Of a stretch of DNA of 64,000 bases, positions 40,248-55,682 are shown piece by piece. Numbering within the stretch: position 1 is the stretch's first letter; each line of letters begins with the position of its first letter. A model generated the notes under the pieces. The model was not told the DNA's origin. It saw only the letters and a list, made by a program, of their open reading frames with translations, and did not search any database. Source of the DNA: Octopus bimaculoides. Its lineage: Eukaryota. Made by a program: the position numbers and the translations under genes. Where the stretch lies: the NCBI RefSeq assembly GCF_001194135.2, contig NC_068990.1, positions 45,895,879 through 45,959,878 of the forward strand. Reading direction: 5' to 3'.

Positions 40248-41862
40248 TATATATACAGTCATGTATGTATTTTGTTATTTAGCCCAAGGGTGGCTCTGAT
40301 GGAACAGACTTAAGACTAAAGGCATTCCAATCATTACTGTCCTGTCTTTTTATTACACATTTAGATATCACACTTCTTTTTATTTATGTATATAGTTTCA
40401 CTTTGAAGGCCTTTTTTCAGCAATGAGAGTTGTTATATAGCAATAACAGTCTTTTGCCGATTCCATCGTCCCCAAACTGCTGACGATAGTAATGGCAAAG
40501 CTATTTCTTTCTTTCCATTCTAAAGTGTGTGTGTATTTCAATCTGTTCTTGGACAGTTCCAACAGCATAGTTTCTAATTTTATCTGTCTGAGAAAAGGTT
40601 GTTAGCTCAGTCATTCTCTGAATCTAGAGAAAGGTGGGCAGTAAGTGGTTTGCCATGCCCCTTTTCTCAACACAAAGTAATCAATTCTGAGAAAAAGAGA
40701 AAAGTATTATTGATTGCTGTATCGGACCTATACTCAATTTATTAACATGAGAAAGATGAAAAAAGCAAAGTTAACATGGTGAGGATCTGAACTGAAAATG
40801 TTAGAGAGGCAGAACAAATACATTAAGAACATTTTATCTGTTAGTCTAACAATTCAGTCAATTCATCGCCTACACAAAGTCAAGTAAGCCTATTGAAAAG
40901 TAAAACTTGTGACTAAGTTTCCTTTACGTAATAGTACACAATTGATTGCTAAACAATATCTATTAGAGTACATTATGTGTGTATGTATGTATGTATGCAT
41001 ATGTACATATCTATCTATCTTTTATAAACATATATATATGTGTATATACATATGTATAAATATATCATCATCATCATCAAGCGGACGTTAAACGATGATG
41101 ATTATGATGATATATATATATATATATATATATATANNNNNNNNNNNNNNNNNNNNNNNNNNNNNNNNNNNNNNNNNNNNNNNNNNNNNNNNNNNNNNNN
41201 NNNNNNNNNNNNNNNNNNNNNNNNNNNNNNNNNNNNNNNNNNNNNNNNNNNNNNNNNNNNNNNNNNNNNNNNNNNNNNNNNNNNNNNNNNNNNNNNNNNN
41301 NNNNNNNNNNNNNNNNNNNNNNNNNNNNNNNNNNNNNNNNNNNNNNNNNNNNNNNNNNNNNNNNNNNNNNNNNNNNNNNNNNNNNNNNNNNNNNNNNNNN
41401 NNNNNNNNNNNNNNNNNNNNNNNNNNNNNNNNNNNNNNNNNNNNNNNNNNNNNNNNNNNNNNNNNNNNNNNNNNNNNNNNNNNNNNNNNNNNNNNNNNNN
41501 NNNNNNNNNNNNNNNNNNNNNNNNNNNNNNNNNNNNNNNNNNNNNNNNNNNNNNNNNNNNNNNNNNNNNNNNNNNNNNNNNNNNNNNNNNNNNNNNNNNN
41601 NNNNNNNNNNNNNNNNNNNNNNNNNNNNNNNNNNNNNNNNNNNNNNNNNNNNNNNNNNNNNNNNNNNNNNNNNNNNNNNNNNNNNNNNNNNNNNNNNNNN
41701 NNNNNNNNNNNNNNNNNNNNNNNNNNNNNNNNNNNNNNNNNNNNNNNNNNNNNNNNNNNNNNNNNNNNNNNNNNNNNNNNNNNNNNNNNNNNNNNNNNNN
41801 NNNNNNNNNNNNNNNNNNNNNNNNNNNNNNNNNNNNNNNNNNNNNNNNNNNNNNNNNNNNNN

Positions 41863-42704
41863 GGAAAATAGTCATTTTCGTGATTGGTACGCAAAACTAC
41901 ATTTGCGTAGAACTTTTCAATAAATTCGGACACCATGTATCAAACTGAAAATACCCAGGCAATTTCTTTTATCCCAACATAAATGTGATAAGCAATATTA
42001 TTTACCAATATTATCTATTACTATTATTAGCACTACCATTGAAAGCCCGATCTTTTGGATTGGCGAGTTTCTGCTCAGAGTAACGCCCTAATCCCCATTC
42101 CTTCGAGAATAAGTATTAGACGCGAGAAAGCGCCGCGGGGGGGGGGGGGTATGAACGACAGAAATTGAGATGAAGAGAGCAAGATGGCTCTAATGGTGAG
42201 CCAGTGACTGAAAGCTTGTCTAATCGTTCATTTGTCCTCTATGTTGTGTATAGAAGTTAGTGTAGAAACAAGCAAAATATATTTGTTGGTTTACTCTTAC
42301 TCCCCAACCAAATAAATAAATATTCATCAATGTGTCAAGGGTAGGATACGATCTCACAATTCTCCTTCAGTCTAAATGCTGACATCGTATTTATTTATTA
42401 TCCAGTTAAGCACATACTGGACAGAGAGCCGATTAACCACTGGAAATGTCTACTATTCGTATCCTGTCAACATCAGCGCATTTGTATACGTAGCACTACG
42501 AAAGAAAGAAAAAACAATTTCCCAGTAACTCAAGCCACCAAGCGGCTGTAAACTGCTGTAAGACCACAGAGTGTATAAAAATATTTGTTCGAGTGAACAT
42601 TGATTGACCAGTACTCTGGTCAGAGGCATTTCCAACTGTGTCCACACCCATACAATAATAATAGATACACTTGTACGACATTCAACAAACACACTCACAT
42701 ACAC

Positions 42705-42742
<38 letters not shown>

Positions 42743-43720
42743 NNNNNNNNNNNNNNNNNNNNNNNNNNNNNNNNNNNNNNNNNNNNNNNNNNNNNNNNNN
42801 NNNNNNNNNNNNNNNNNNNNNNNNNNNNNNNNNNNNNNNNNNNNNNNNNNNNNNNNNNNNNNNNNNNNNNNNNNNNNNNNNNNNNNNNNNNNNNNNNNNN
42901 NNNNNNNNNNNNNNNNNNNNNNNNNNNNNNNNNNNNNNNNNNNNNNNNNNNNNNNNNNNNNNNNNNNNNNNNNNNNNNNNNNNNNNNNNNNNNNNNNNNN
43001 NNNNNNNNNNNNNNNNNNNNNNNNNNNNNNNNNNNNNNNNNNNNNNNNNNNNNNNNNNNNNNNNNNNNNNNNNNNNNNNNNNNNNNNNNNNNNNNNNNNN
43101 NNNNNNNNNNNNNNNNNNNNNNNNNNNNNNNNNNNNNNNNNNNNNNNNNNNNNNNNNNNNNNNNNNNNNNNNNNNNNNNNNNNNNNNNNNNNNNNNNNNN
43201 NNNNNNNNNNNNNNNNNNNNNNNNNNNNNNNNNNNNNNNNNNNNNNNNNNNNNNNNNNNNNNNNNNNNNNNNNNNNNNNNNNNNNNNNNNNNNNNNNNNN
43301 NNNNNNNNNNNNNNNNNNNNNNNNNNNNNNNNNNNNNNNNNNNNNNNNNNNNNNNNNNNNNNNNNNNNNNNNNNNNNNNNNNNNNNNNNNNNNNNNNNNN
43401 NNNNNNNNNNNNNNNNNNNNNNNNNNNNNNNNNNNNNNNNNNNNNNNNNNNNNNNNNNNNNNNNNNNNNNNNNNNNNNNNNNNNNNNATATATTGGCTCA
43501 TATTTTTACGGATAAAATGAACAGACATCATGAGTAGAATGTAGAATGTGGCGACAATGTAATGTTGTCATCGTGAAGTCGTCATGGCAACTGACCTTTC
43601 GAAGTGACCTGTAATTTCTACTGATAAAACCGAAAATAGACATACAAAAAACAAAAGGAAAATTATAGACGTTACATTAATGTCGTTTGCTTGAATCTCC
43701 GCTACAGTGCACTTGCAGCT
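41863..43720 (-). promoter_or_regulatory. Candidate 5'/promoter region of the PLK2/3-like gene
   Basis: This is the first continuously CpG-retaining unique DNA upstream of the exon. It has a GC-rich patch gcgccgcggggg (about 42130), ATTGG (reverse CCAAT) near 41883, 42058 and 43491, and X-box-like gtcgtcatggcaac at 43578-43591. There is no transcript evidence. Confidence 0.25.
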
Positions 43721-44699
43721 TTCATTTTACCCTCATTGCAATTGTTTTTTTTGTTATTGGTGGTGGTAGTGGTGGAAGTAGTACGTATGAGTATTTAATG
43801 ACAATGTGGTGATATATGCAAATTTCTATTACAATGGTGATGTAGAAACAATGAAATCTAACATTTGATAAAAGTAATCAATTAATCTACCCACCTCTCT
43901 ATCTGTCTATTTTTGTCTGTCAGCTTGTCTACTCCAGTCCATCTCTGTCTCTTATCCACCAAGTAAAATACAGAGGAGAGAGGGGGGGGGAAGAAAGAGA
44001 GAGAGAGAGAGGAGGGTAATAGGAATCTAAGGGACTACAAAAGTGGTTTGTTTTTTTAATAAGATTTCATTTAAATTTAGGTTATCTTGGAAGGGTCTCG
44101 AGCTTATATATAATGTATATAAGGCCTATTTATGGTGTCTGTGTGTGTATATGTACACATACACACACACACACTCTACAAAATGTTGCTTGTAAGAATA
44201 CGCCCTCTATATAGATTCATTACTAAAGATCATCTAAATTAGTTTTCGTCCAGGAAGATAAACATCAGCAAAAAATCTTGCAGTACAAAGGCTTATTGAA
44301 GGTATCAAAGATCAGAACCCAAAAGCTGTTATTATTTTCCTAACGATTTGTTCCAAACAAGGACTGAGACTACCGTAATGTTAGGGAATACAAGAAGAGG
44401 CGCACTTATTCAAAAGACGTTGATTGACAGAAAACAGAAATGCCTGAATATCATACACAAGAGGAAAACAGGACGATGGTAGTGAGTTTCAGAAAGTAGC
44501 AATTCAAGGAAAGAAGTTATTAGAATAAAAGGATTTATAACTAATAGCAAACTCAACAGCAGAGTTCCACAGAGCAGTACTTCAAGGGAAGAAGCCATTA
44601 GAATACGAAAGTTCAACAGAGAATCGATGTGTCTGGGAAGAGAAGCGAGTGACATGCTTAAAGGCCTTGAGAGAGAGAGGGTAACAGATCAGATTATTC

Positions 44700-44915
44700 A
44701 TCAGAACAACGACCAAGAAATTACTTACAGAAAGACACAACGAAGATACATTTCGACGATGAGCCAAAGACACCAACCAAGTGAAAAGAAGACGCATCAT
44801 GTTAACTCGATTCTGAATTCGACCGAGCAAGTTAAGACACTCAAAGGAGACATCGTTGAGATCCTAGCAGGAGTACAACAAGGTGTCATACTCGCACCTT
44901 TCTTGTTCATTGTAA
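44700..44915 (+). mobile_element. Degenerate LINE RT fragment (RTE/RTE-X-like)
   Basis: EILAGVQQGVILAPFLFIV resembles the RT motif AGVLQGDTLAPFLF. Confidence 0.55.
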
Positions 44916-47900
44916 CATGAATTGCAACGTGAAAAGCAGAAGAAAGAAATAGGTCAGAAAAGCAAGCGTCATTCTCCAACTATTACTGATACAGATCTTA
45001 CATCTAATACAATCAAAGAAGCTCAGCTGACTTACAGGGATGTAAACAAACCAATAACGGTTATCAAGAGGTGGTGGGAGAGACAAACACAAAATTATAC
45101 AATACACACACACACACACACATAAATAATACAAAATGGGGCAAGAACGCAAAACATCCAGACAGTTAGGTGATACAAGAAAGGGACAACAAAACATCCA
45201 GATAAACGATACAAAGAAAACAAGGACAGGTCATTCGGAGTTTTCTTTCATCAGTCGAGATCCAGATTATCTTTGCAATTTCGGTTTGTTATACTCGAGA
45301 TTGCTCCAATCTGGCCAGCCCCAAGGAAAAATTAAGCTAAGAGCATTAGATTCCTTGGAAGAAAGCAGCGAATGTATACAAAAACAAGGACGGAAAAAAA
45401 AACGAACAATGTTACACAAAATATATACGATGGACATCTACACAGTTTCCGTCAACCAAATTTACCCATCAGTCGGCCGGGTGCTATAGAAGACATTTGC
45501 CCAAGGTTCTGCGCAGAAGGACTGAACTCGAAACCACTTAGTTACAAAGCGAGCTTTTTAATCACAGAGCCATGCCTGCGTCTCCCATCCCGCCTCTTTT
45601 TTTTTAAGTATTACTGTTGCGACAGTTGCCCACAAAGACAAAAACCAGTTGGATGTTCCTCCACTTAACCAGTAAATTTCAGATAAAATAACTCTCTTAT
45701 GTTAGGGATTATAATGTGTTTCCTTTTTTTTTTGTTATCTATGGCCAACTGCAGATTTTTCTTCATTTAAACATGCAAAAAGAAAAGAAAAATGAAAGAG
45801 AACATGCAATTAACATGATATGTAAATCCTTCCTTATATGGCGAGATTATACAAACGCACACACAAACACATATATATGATTCAAAATTTACGAAGAGCA
45901 AAGAAATTAAAAAAAAACAAAAGACAGACAGGTGAGGAAACAACATTCAAAGTGTCTTAAGTCTGACGCTCAGGAAAAATGAAAGTCTGCGTTTTTTACA
46001 TCTGTAAACTTTTCAAATAAATCTGTAATCTAGATACAAGGGTTAAAGATTTTTAAGCTTCGAAACATTGAATTTTTATCTTCAACAAATTGTTATATCT
46101 CCAGGGAAGTAATGCGCCCCACTTCCTTTGACACAACAACAACAAAACAAAAAACTTATTGTTATCTAATACATAATCTTATACAATAATAAAAGAAGAG
46201 AAAGTTGCGTTTATTCTTTTAATTAATACAACCTCATTATTGACATCTGGTCTTTCTATATGTAAGATATATTATGAAACTTAAACCGACGTAATTACTT
46301 CTTTTATGCTCAAATAATGGAAGAGCAGCTGGGAATAAATGGAAAGAGTGGGAGTAATTAGTCATTTGATATTCTGTTGTTATTGTTGTTGGTGGTGGTA
46401 TTAATTATTAAGTCAGCCAAGTCTTACTTCGCCTCTTTCCTTTTTTTTAATATTTTTTTCTCTCGCCAAATCTGTTTTCCTGTCTGTCCGTTTTCCTAGC
46501 TTGTGGATTTAGAGGTTGTTCCATTTAACATCAGAGAACCACTTGAGTTTGAACTCAAAGCTGATATAGTTGAATACCAATGAAAAATAATAAATTTTAC
46601 CATTGGAACACTACCTACTTTTGAATTGCATCAATTATGAAGACAGTTTAGACAGTGGATTGAGGGAATTGTTCGCCTTGTCTTACGGGTATTTAGTGAC
46701 GGATTTTCACGTTCTGAGTTTGAATGCCATTGCGGGTCAACTTTGCCTTTCATCATTTCGGAATCGACCGACACCTCTACTATATTGGTGGTCATGTGCC
46801 CTATGTTAGTAAAGATCAATTGCTTAGAGGATTTGAGCCTCCTTTGCTTAGCTGTCACTGGCAAGCTAGTTTGATCTAGTAGTTTAAATCATGCTTTAGC
46901 TGAATGCTGCTTTAGGTGCCTATGTGGTCTCGTAGATGGCATATATACCCTCTTGACCATATCACCTTTAACCCATCAAAATATCAAGAATGAGACAGCT
47001 AGGGGTGAAGAAAGAGCTACACCAACAGTGGGATAAGTTGGAGTAAACTGGAGTTGACCTGGGGCTAAATAACATCTCTATTTAACTACGCAAGAGTTAA
47101 TGACATTAATTCAAGTTAATTAGTAACCGGTCGGTAATAACCATTATGACACCACTGTCGGTTTTCTAATTCGGGCTTGTGTCCAACACAGAGAGAAATA
47201 AAGTTCACAGGAGTCAACACAAGGACAGAAAGTTGGTCAGAGTGGAAATGAATGGGCGATATTATCAGTCCGGTTAAAGAATTGACTTCAGTCTGGTTTT
47301 ATGTGGAAGAACTATCAACCAGGGTCAACTAAGTACCAATTAGGGTCAAATTAACTGACTAGCTCCGCCCTAACTTAATTACTACCCATGTACCTAAATT
47401 TAAAGCATCATACAGAAATTGCTTTGAATTCTGCATTTATCAGAAATCGATTACATTTAATATAATTTTTAATATTATAGGCACAAGGCCCGAGATATTT
47501 GACTGGAAATCACCTCATCGAGACCGAAAGAATGAAAGGCAAAGTAGACTGCGGTGGAAGTTGTACTCCGAACATAAAAACGGACGACATGAGGTTAAGC
47601 ATTTTGTCCGGCCCGAGCAATTCAACCAGCTCGCCGCCTTAATCACATTTAATATAATACACATTGTATATGTATACATATAAATAGTAAGTGCGTATAT
47701 TTGTATGCATGCCCTGATGCATATATCTAATTATACGTGTATGTATTATATTACATGCGTGTATACAGATGCTCGAGCATGCATTCGTTCATTCATTATT
47801 GCAGAGCTTGGTAATCAGTGCTTACTGTTTCGATCCATCTGCAGTAGGAGATGCAGAGCTTCCGATCGAGTAGTTTGATGGTTGATAATATGATTTCCTT

Positions 47901-49785
47901 GTAATTTAAATGTCTCATACGTTTCAAATAAACTAAAACACATTTCCCCTGCTTTCTTTATTTTAAATTAGATTTTAAAATTTGTGACCTTCAGCAGTGA
48001 AACATGATCCCGACAAATGATATTTTTCCTGTTACTTGAACACTTTTAACCACCAAACGTTTTCTTAGAGCCCCGCCCCTTCTCTCGTTAAAGTTTTCTT
48101 TCCGCTTTTATTTGTGTGTGTGTGTGTGTTCTCAGTTATAGTGTATCAAGGACTACGTTTGTCAATATGACGTTATCTTTTTACAGACGGTAGCGTGTGA
48201 TATGAGAATGATTTGGCTGCTATTTCCAACGTTGTTGAACGCGTAAAAAATGTGTCTCCTTTGTAATATCACCAATTCGTTTTTATTTAGATTTCAAATA
48301 TCTTGCTCTGTGTGCGTGTGTGTGTGTGCGTGTGTGTGTGTGTGTGTGTGCGCACGAGCGCGCGGGCTCAATAATAATGTATCGAAGGTACATTAGCCAA
48401 TATGACGCTATTTTGTTGCTATTTCTAGCAAATTGGACCATCACATTTTAGAGGCTTCTCTCGTTGGATTGTTGCTCGTGTTTTCAAGCTGTTGTATGAA
48501 AATGCACGTTTTCTAGCGTCACACCGTATTTATTTGTGAAAGAAATCAATACAATTCTTCTAATTATAAATTCCGCAGAGAATGTTAAATGTTTAAATGT
48601 TCATTTAAAATAAGAATGCTTCACAAGTCGCAGTCTCAGATGTCTGGGACAAAAACCTTACTGAAATCTGATAGTCTGAGAATCTTTGCTAAACTTTTCT
48701 GTTTCCGATTTGTATCGACAGAAATAGAAAAAAAAAGCTGGTTTGGTTTGTTCAATAAAATGATTTTCAAAGCCACATACACACGTGAGCTCGCTCGCTG
48801 GCGCGCAAATATATTTATTCACATTCGAACACGCGCGTACGCACATAATTTTTGTTTTCCTTATTTACAGATATCTCATATCTTGCACATTAAAAGGAAA
48901 AGTAAATGGGTCTTCGTCGTTTTCGACGATGAGGATCCAGTTGTTCGATCAACTGAATTAGCGCGTAAACTGGCCGAATATTCCACATACATAACTGCAC
49001 TATTAACGTAATATTCAGGTCGAACCAACAAGACTATGTGGTAAGGCTGTGCCTTTGAATTACAGGTACACTCATTTCGGCGGGTTTCCGCAGTTTCCTT
49101 TTACCCAATTGTACTCATAAAGTTTAACCCTGCAATCACCGCCTCTAATGCTCATTTTCATATCTGAAGCATAAAATACATGATTTCGTATTACATATAC
49201 GTGTGAACCTAAGATGTCACACAGAAGAATTGAACCCAAGAATCTTGTGATTACGAAGTGAACTTCTTAATCATTCGGCTAATTTGTGTCCACTACCCTC
49301 TCACATACATGTATATACAAATACACACTCCTTAACAAATAAGCTCGACCACGTGTACGCTGCAGCTACTACTATTACGAGACACACGTGCTCTCCAGAA
49401 ATGACAGCTTCTTTACATAACCTTTTCAATTAGGTCACTGAACGTTTCATGGCAATTAAGAGGAAAATATTAATTGGAAAATACACGATAATTTCAAGAA
49501 GAAATATCACATTATTCACAAAACACTGTAAGATTTACACGTAATTATCATTATTCCACAAGTTTTTTTTTTGTAATCACAATACTCATAGCAAACTGCA
49601 AAGTCCATAAAGACCTCCTTGTTTTTCATTGTTATTAAGTGTTCCTATTTCTCGCTTTCAGTCACCTTCTACCTGTTTCCCCAGACAGGACAATGCGTAA
49701 AAACACCACATCCTTCCTCTCGCTTTCGTTTTACTTCTACTGTGATTCACTATCCATCATTTGAAAACCTCCTATTTCCTTATAT

Positions 49786-49988
49786 CAGTGGTTCCCAACC
49801 TGGGGTCCACGGATCTCTGGTGGTCCGCAAAGGTAGTACTGGAGGTTCGTGAACTAAATTCAAAATTTCATATACATATATACACATAAGGATAAGCATA
49901 TTAAAAGGGGTCTGTGGGAAAACTCATTTAAATAAAAGGGTTGGGAACCACTGTTAGGAATCATTGTGAAAAGGTTGGGGGACCACTG
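49786..49988. mobile_element. hAT (Charlie-like) MITE with a duplicated right end
   Basis: Starts cagtggttcccaacc. Has ggttgggaaccactg ending at 49953 and ggttggggaccactg ending at 49988. Flanks ccttatat / ttttatat. Confidence 0.65.
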
Positions 49989-50389
49989 TTTTATATGAAG
50001 GTGAATGGATTAATCGTTAGGGAGTTGAACTCACAATTATGCGAGATCGTGGTTTCACTTCTTGGACCGGGTGGTGCGCGTGCTCTTGAGCAAAACACAT
50101 CATTTCACGTCACTCTGCGATCACTTCGATACCTGAGGTGTGGTATACCGTGCACTGGTTTAGGTAATGTTGATTTGATGGAGGGAGTGAGCTAATAAAC
50201 ACCACAAACATTTGATTACTTATAAACAAATCATTTGTGCAACTTGTCCAACAAGGAATTGCGGAACCGTCTTTCTCGGACTAAGAGGGAGTACCATCAT
50301 TTCCTTATCTCCGTAGTGTGACAGCAAATAAATACTCGCCGTTGATGTAAGTATATATGCATCTGTCTGTCTGTCTCTCTTTTTCTTTC

Positions 50390-50480
<91 letters not shown>

Positions 50481-50565
50481 NNNNNNNNNNGCACATGAAA
50501 TGTGCAACGAACGTGAAACTCAGAGTAACAGTCTTTTGTTATTTTTCTGCTGCTTTTAAATAAAG

Positions 50566-50596
<31 letters not shown>

Positions 50597-52567
50597 TAAT
50601 GATGTACCAACACTGCACACACATAGAAACACATGCGTACACATGTATGCATATATATATATATATAAATAAACATACATATATACATATACACGCAGAT
50701 ATATAAACGCATAAATGCACAAATATATATACGTATACATAAAATAATTATAGATATAGACAACTATTTCTAGCCAGATCGATTAAATAAACAAAGAAGA
50801 AAGAAACAAACAAATACAAGTTTGTTTTTCTTTCTTTTTTTTTTTTTTTACAACGTAGGACATGAAGAAATTTTTTAATTAAAGATTCTATTTCAGATAA
50901 AAGTAGCATGAACCATTCTCTTTTTGTTTCTTCCTCAGATGGGAAAGTTGGTCAAGTTTCGAATTAGAATGAATAAATTTAGTATATCTCCAAAATAAAT
51001 TATGTCAATCATCTGTCATTTCAAATCACTGTATCACTGCATCGCCTAGACTATCGGATGTTGTAATATACACCGCTGCTCACAATGCGCTTCCTTGCAC
51101 TGTTGTAGCTTTCGAATGATGCCATCCCGCTGGCTTGGACTGGAGCAACGCGAAATGAAGTGTTTTGGACAAGAACACAACGCACAGCCTATCTAGGAGT
51201 CGAAACCACGATCTTGCGATCATGAATGCAATACTTGAAGCACTAAGCCACGCACTTTCATTTCAAATGACTGATAAAAATTATTTTTAGCACAGTAGCT
51301 AATGTACAGTACCATGGAACTTAGCTATACGATCTTTATGCAGAATGGTACTCTTAGATTTTCCAATGCCATTATCTTAATTTTTCGGTGGATTGGCAAA
51401 GTCATTCAAGTATCGGATAATAATACTAAGTGCCATTTGTTTCAGCTCCTTACGGTGTGTGTTCATCTCCCGCTGAAGTCAACTTTGTCATCCCTCCCGT
51501 GTCGATAAAATAATGTAACAGTCATACGCAGAATCCATTGTCATCTAAATCTCAGGTCCAGTGCCTGTATTGGAAACCATTATTTTAATGTTTTGCTGAT
51601 AAGGTCAAACAAAACCGAAACATGACCGGTGTTGCTACCCTGTTAAACTAAAGACAGTTGTTTTAAGTTCAACAACGGCTGACGAGTTAAATAAATAGTA
51701 AAAAAAGAACTAGATACTCCGTGAGATAACCTGCAGCAAATACGTGTGTGTGTGTGTGGATGGGTGGATGTGTTTATGATATATACATACATTTATATAT
51801 AAAAATTTTCTCTGAGTCATAGGTTCATAAGGCCGGTTTTCCGGATTCTGTGCCGTATATATTTATCCCCTCATCCTGGATGGGAGGCTGATCCATCATA
51901 GGATTACTCCTTTCGCCAGCTGAGTAGACTGGAACAACGTGAAATGAAGTGTTTTGCTCAAGAAGAACGCATCACCGTTATGAGAGTCGAAACCACGATC
52001 TTGCGATAGTAGGCGCAACACCTTAACCAGTAAGTCACGCGCCTCCACACACGCACACCACATACCACGCATATTACATACCACACTACCATCACACCAC
52101 GCGCGCACACACACACACACACATGATCATGTCTCTATGTATGTGTGCGGGTCCGCGTTTTTGTGTTCACGTACAAGTATGTATGTTTATATGCTAATAT
52201 TCAATTGATGTTCACCATATTAAGCCAGCATAATCATTACTGGTATCTCTCGGCGTCGAGAATGTGATTCCATTGTATTTATCTATGCAAGTTCCACGGT
52301 GGCGATATAAGAGTATTTTTCCCCATGAAAGAGCAGCGAAATTGTAGACACCTGTATATCTATCTGTTTATCTGCCTCTATTTAAATACATTCATGCATA
52401 CATTATGTGCACCTCTCTCTCTCTCTCTCTCTCTCTAGATAGATAGATAGATAGATATTCCTTCCTTGAGCGCCAACCTAATATTAACTGTGAACGTCCC
52501 TTGGATTTTTGCTGCCCTTCTCTGTATTTTTTTGTTTTCCTCTTGTTATTGATTTGCTCCCCTCTCT

Positions 52568-52655
<88 letters not shown>

Positions 52656-54524
52656 GATGTACACACACATATATATACCCATACAGAAACCCACACGCGC
52701 ATTTACAAATGTGCATGCACACAAATTTCTACGCATAATTCTTTGCATTTTTGTATGTATATTATGAATATATGCATAAATACATGAATGCATGTGTGTG
52801 TGTGTTGTGTATGAATACACACACACACACACACTCTATTTTATATTATAAGTAACGTAATTACTCACACAGCATGAGTTGTACACAGAATGACAAATAC
52901 GTACATGTACATTGTTTCTATTTGCCTGCAGAAGCCCTCTGCATGTATACTCAGCAGGGTGTATATCGCATTATTATTCAATTGAGTGATATCACTGGCG
53001 GAACGAATATTTTCAAAACACACCACTTATCACCAGCACCAACACTGCCACTACCGCCGACGCCGCCACCACCACCCTCGCTACATTCACAGCTACTACT
53101 ACCATTACCATTACAACTACACTACCACCACCACATTAATAACAACAACCACTACCAAGATTGCGAGCAGGACATCCTGCCTCTGTGCTAATATGACAAA
53201 TCCTGTGCAGGTATAACACTAATTTTCAGAACATTGAGGGTCCTGAACCTCTTATAATCCACACTAATTTACGAGCAGGACCACGAAATCCCCGCGGTCG
53301 CCAGACTAGTTTACATCCCGAAAGGATGAAAGATAAAGTCGACTTCGGCGGAATTTGAACTCAGAACGTAGCGACGGGTGAAATACCACAAAGCATTTCG
53401 TCCAGCGTGCTAACGATTCTGCCAGTAACAGACATAACCGTAGACCTATCTCTGTAATAATATTCGATCAGCGGCAATGCTATCAGACCGTTGCGTATAA
53501 AACATATCGCACAATTAATATTCAACGGCCAGCCGATACAACAACAACAACAACAAACAAACAAACAAACAAACAACGAATTGCCATTCAATGTTGCCCG
53601 CAAACAACACATAACGTAGCACAATCCAATTCCCAGAAGAATAAGTTTCATTGCACATTCGAAGCCTTGTTTTGTTTTTGCGAATATCTAACGTTATTCG
53701 TCATTATTATTTTTTTCTAGCTACAAAAAACAATAATCCTGCATGGTCAATTATTAATATCGATCTTTTGCATTGGCACAAGACAATAAATTTATAAGAA
53801 ATGGCTACGGTTGATTGACTACACCCAAAATATTGGAGTATATAATATATCATTGACGCTTATTTTATTGGCAGGAGAAAAGAGAGAGAAAGAAAGAAAG
53901 AGTGAGAGAGAGAGTGAGTGAGAAAGAGAGAGAGAGAAAGAGAGAGAAAAAGAGAGAGAGAGAGAGAGAGCATCCAGAAAGAAAAACTATATTACAAGAC
54001 TTAACACTCATCTCGATTCCGCTTGTCATGTTATGTGGCCGAGTGTTACGCTTGAAGTATGTTTAACTACGAAACAAAATCGAAGACAATCGATATCTTT
54101 TAACATAACGAAACGAGTTTATGTGTTTAGCTTTTTAAAAAGACGTAATTATGGAACCAAATAAAAGACATACTCGGAGTGCTTCGCATAATGAAGTTCA
54201 AGTGTTACGCTTTCAATAAGCATAAGTATGGCTCGAAATCGAAGATATAATTGAAATATTTAATATAATGAAACGAGCTCGACTGTTACACTTTAAACAA
54301 CCCCAAACTATGAACATTATGAATTCTATAAGTTTATGTTTTAAAATAAAAATAAAAACAGCTATGAAACGCGGAATTTCCACTGCTGCTTCTAATTTTA
54401 CTAATTCTTGGACAGCGGTCTTTCATCCTCTTTCGATTCACGGCAACAAACTGGATAAAGCTTTTAAAATGTTTATACGTGTGTGTGTGTGTGCGTGTGT
54501 GTGTGTGTATGTGTGTGTGTATGT

Positions 54525-54574
<50 letters not shown>

Positions 54575-55131
54575 NNNNNNNNNNNNNNNNNNNNNNNNNN
54601 NNNNNNNNNNNNNNNNNNNNNNNNNNNNNNNNNNNNNNNNNNNNNNNNNNNNNNNNNNNNNNNNNNNNNNNNNNNNNNNNNNNNNNNNNNNNNNNNNNNN
54701 NNNNNNNNNNNNNNNNNNNNNNNNNNNNNNNNNNNNNNNNNNNNNNNNNNNNNNNNNNNNNNNNNNNNNNNNNNNNNNNNNNNNNNNNNNNNNNNNNNNN
54801 NNNNNNNNNNNNNNNNNNNNNNNNNNNNNNNNNNNNNNNNNNNNNNNNNNNNNNNNNNNNNNNNNNNNNNNNNNNNNNNNNNNNNNNNNNNNNNNNNNNN
54901 NNNNNNNNNNNNNNNNNNNNNNNNNNNNNNNNNNNNNNNNNNNNNNNNNNNNNNNNNNNNNNNNNNNNNNNNNNNNNNNNNNNNNNNNNNNNNNNNNNNN
55001 NNNNNNNNNNNNNNNNNNNNNNNNNNNNNNNNNNNNNNNNNNNNNNTTTATACTGTGAAGCTTAATTTAATCTTAATTTTTAATAAATTGATTTTAATTG
55101 AGTTTTTACCGGTAATTTTGGATTTTATCCC

Positions 55132-55174
<43 letters not shown>

Positions 55175-55462
55175 GTTGGTTGTGAAAATATATTTGAGAT
55201 CCGACAAATAGACACGTGACTGGTGATGTGATTAATAGTAGTGTATTTCGAGTTGTTAACAAAACGTGTCACGAAAAATTCTATTTTTAAAGTGTATCGC
55301 CAAGAAGAAAAGTTCAAGAAGCTCTGATATTAATGCTTCTTGCGACGGCATAAGCTGGCCTCAATTGGAGTGGCATTCAATATAAGTTAGCATCTCGCTT
55401 TACGATTAAATTTTCAAGCAGCAGGGGTCTTTGGGTAATTTCCTTCAGTCAATTTTATTTAA

Positions 55463-55682
55463 CCCTTTCGCATTCAGATTACTCTGTCAAATGTAATACT
55501 TATTTATTCACACTGTTTTGAATTGATCATGCATTATCTCGTAGCTTTGAGGTTTCGATGATGTGATTGTTTATTTTTAGAATGGCATTATAGGGTAGAT
55601 ATGAGAAGTCAGACATGACCAGTTTGAACATAAAGCAAGTAGAGTATTTGGGCCAGATACAGCCAGTTTAAACACTGAAGGG
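55463..55682 (+). mobile_element. piggyBac-like MITE, 220-bp uninterrupted copy
   Basis: TTAA|ccctttcgcattcagatt ... ctgaaggg|ttag. Colinear with 7311-7507 plus 7837-7846. Confidence 0.65.

Noticed and set aside
52986-53216. His/Thr/Pro-rich ORFs
   Set aside because: Translations of degenerate (ACC/ACT/AAC)n low-complexity DNA.
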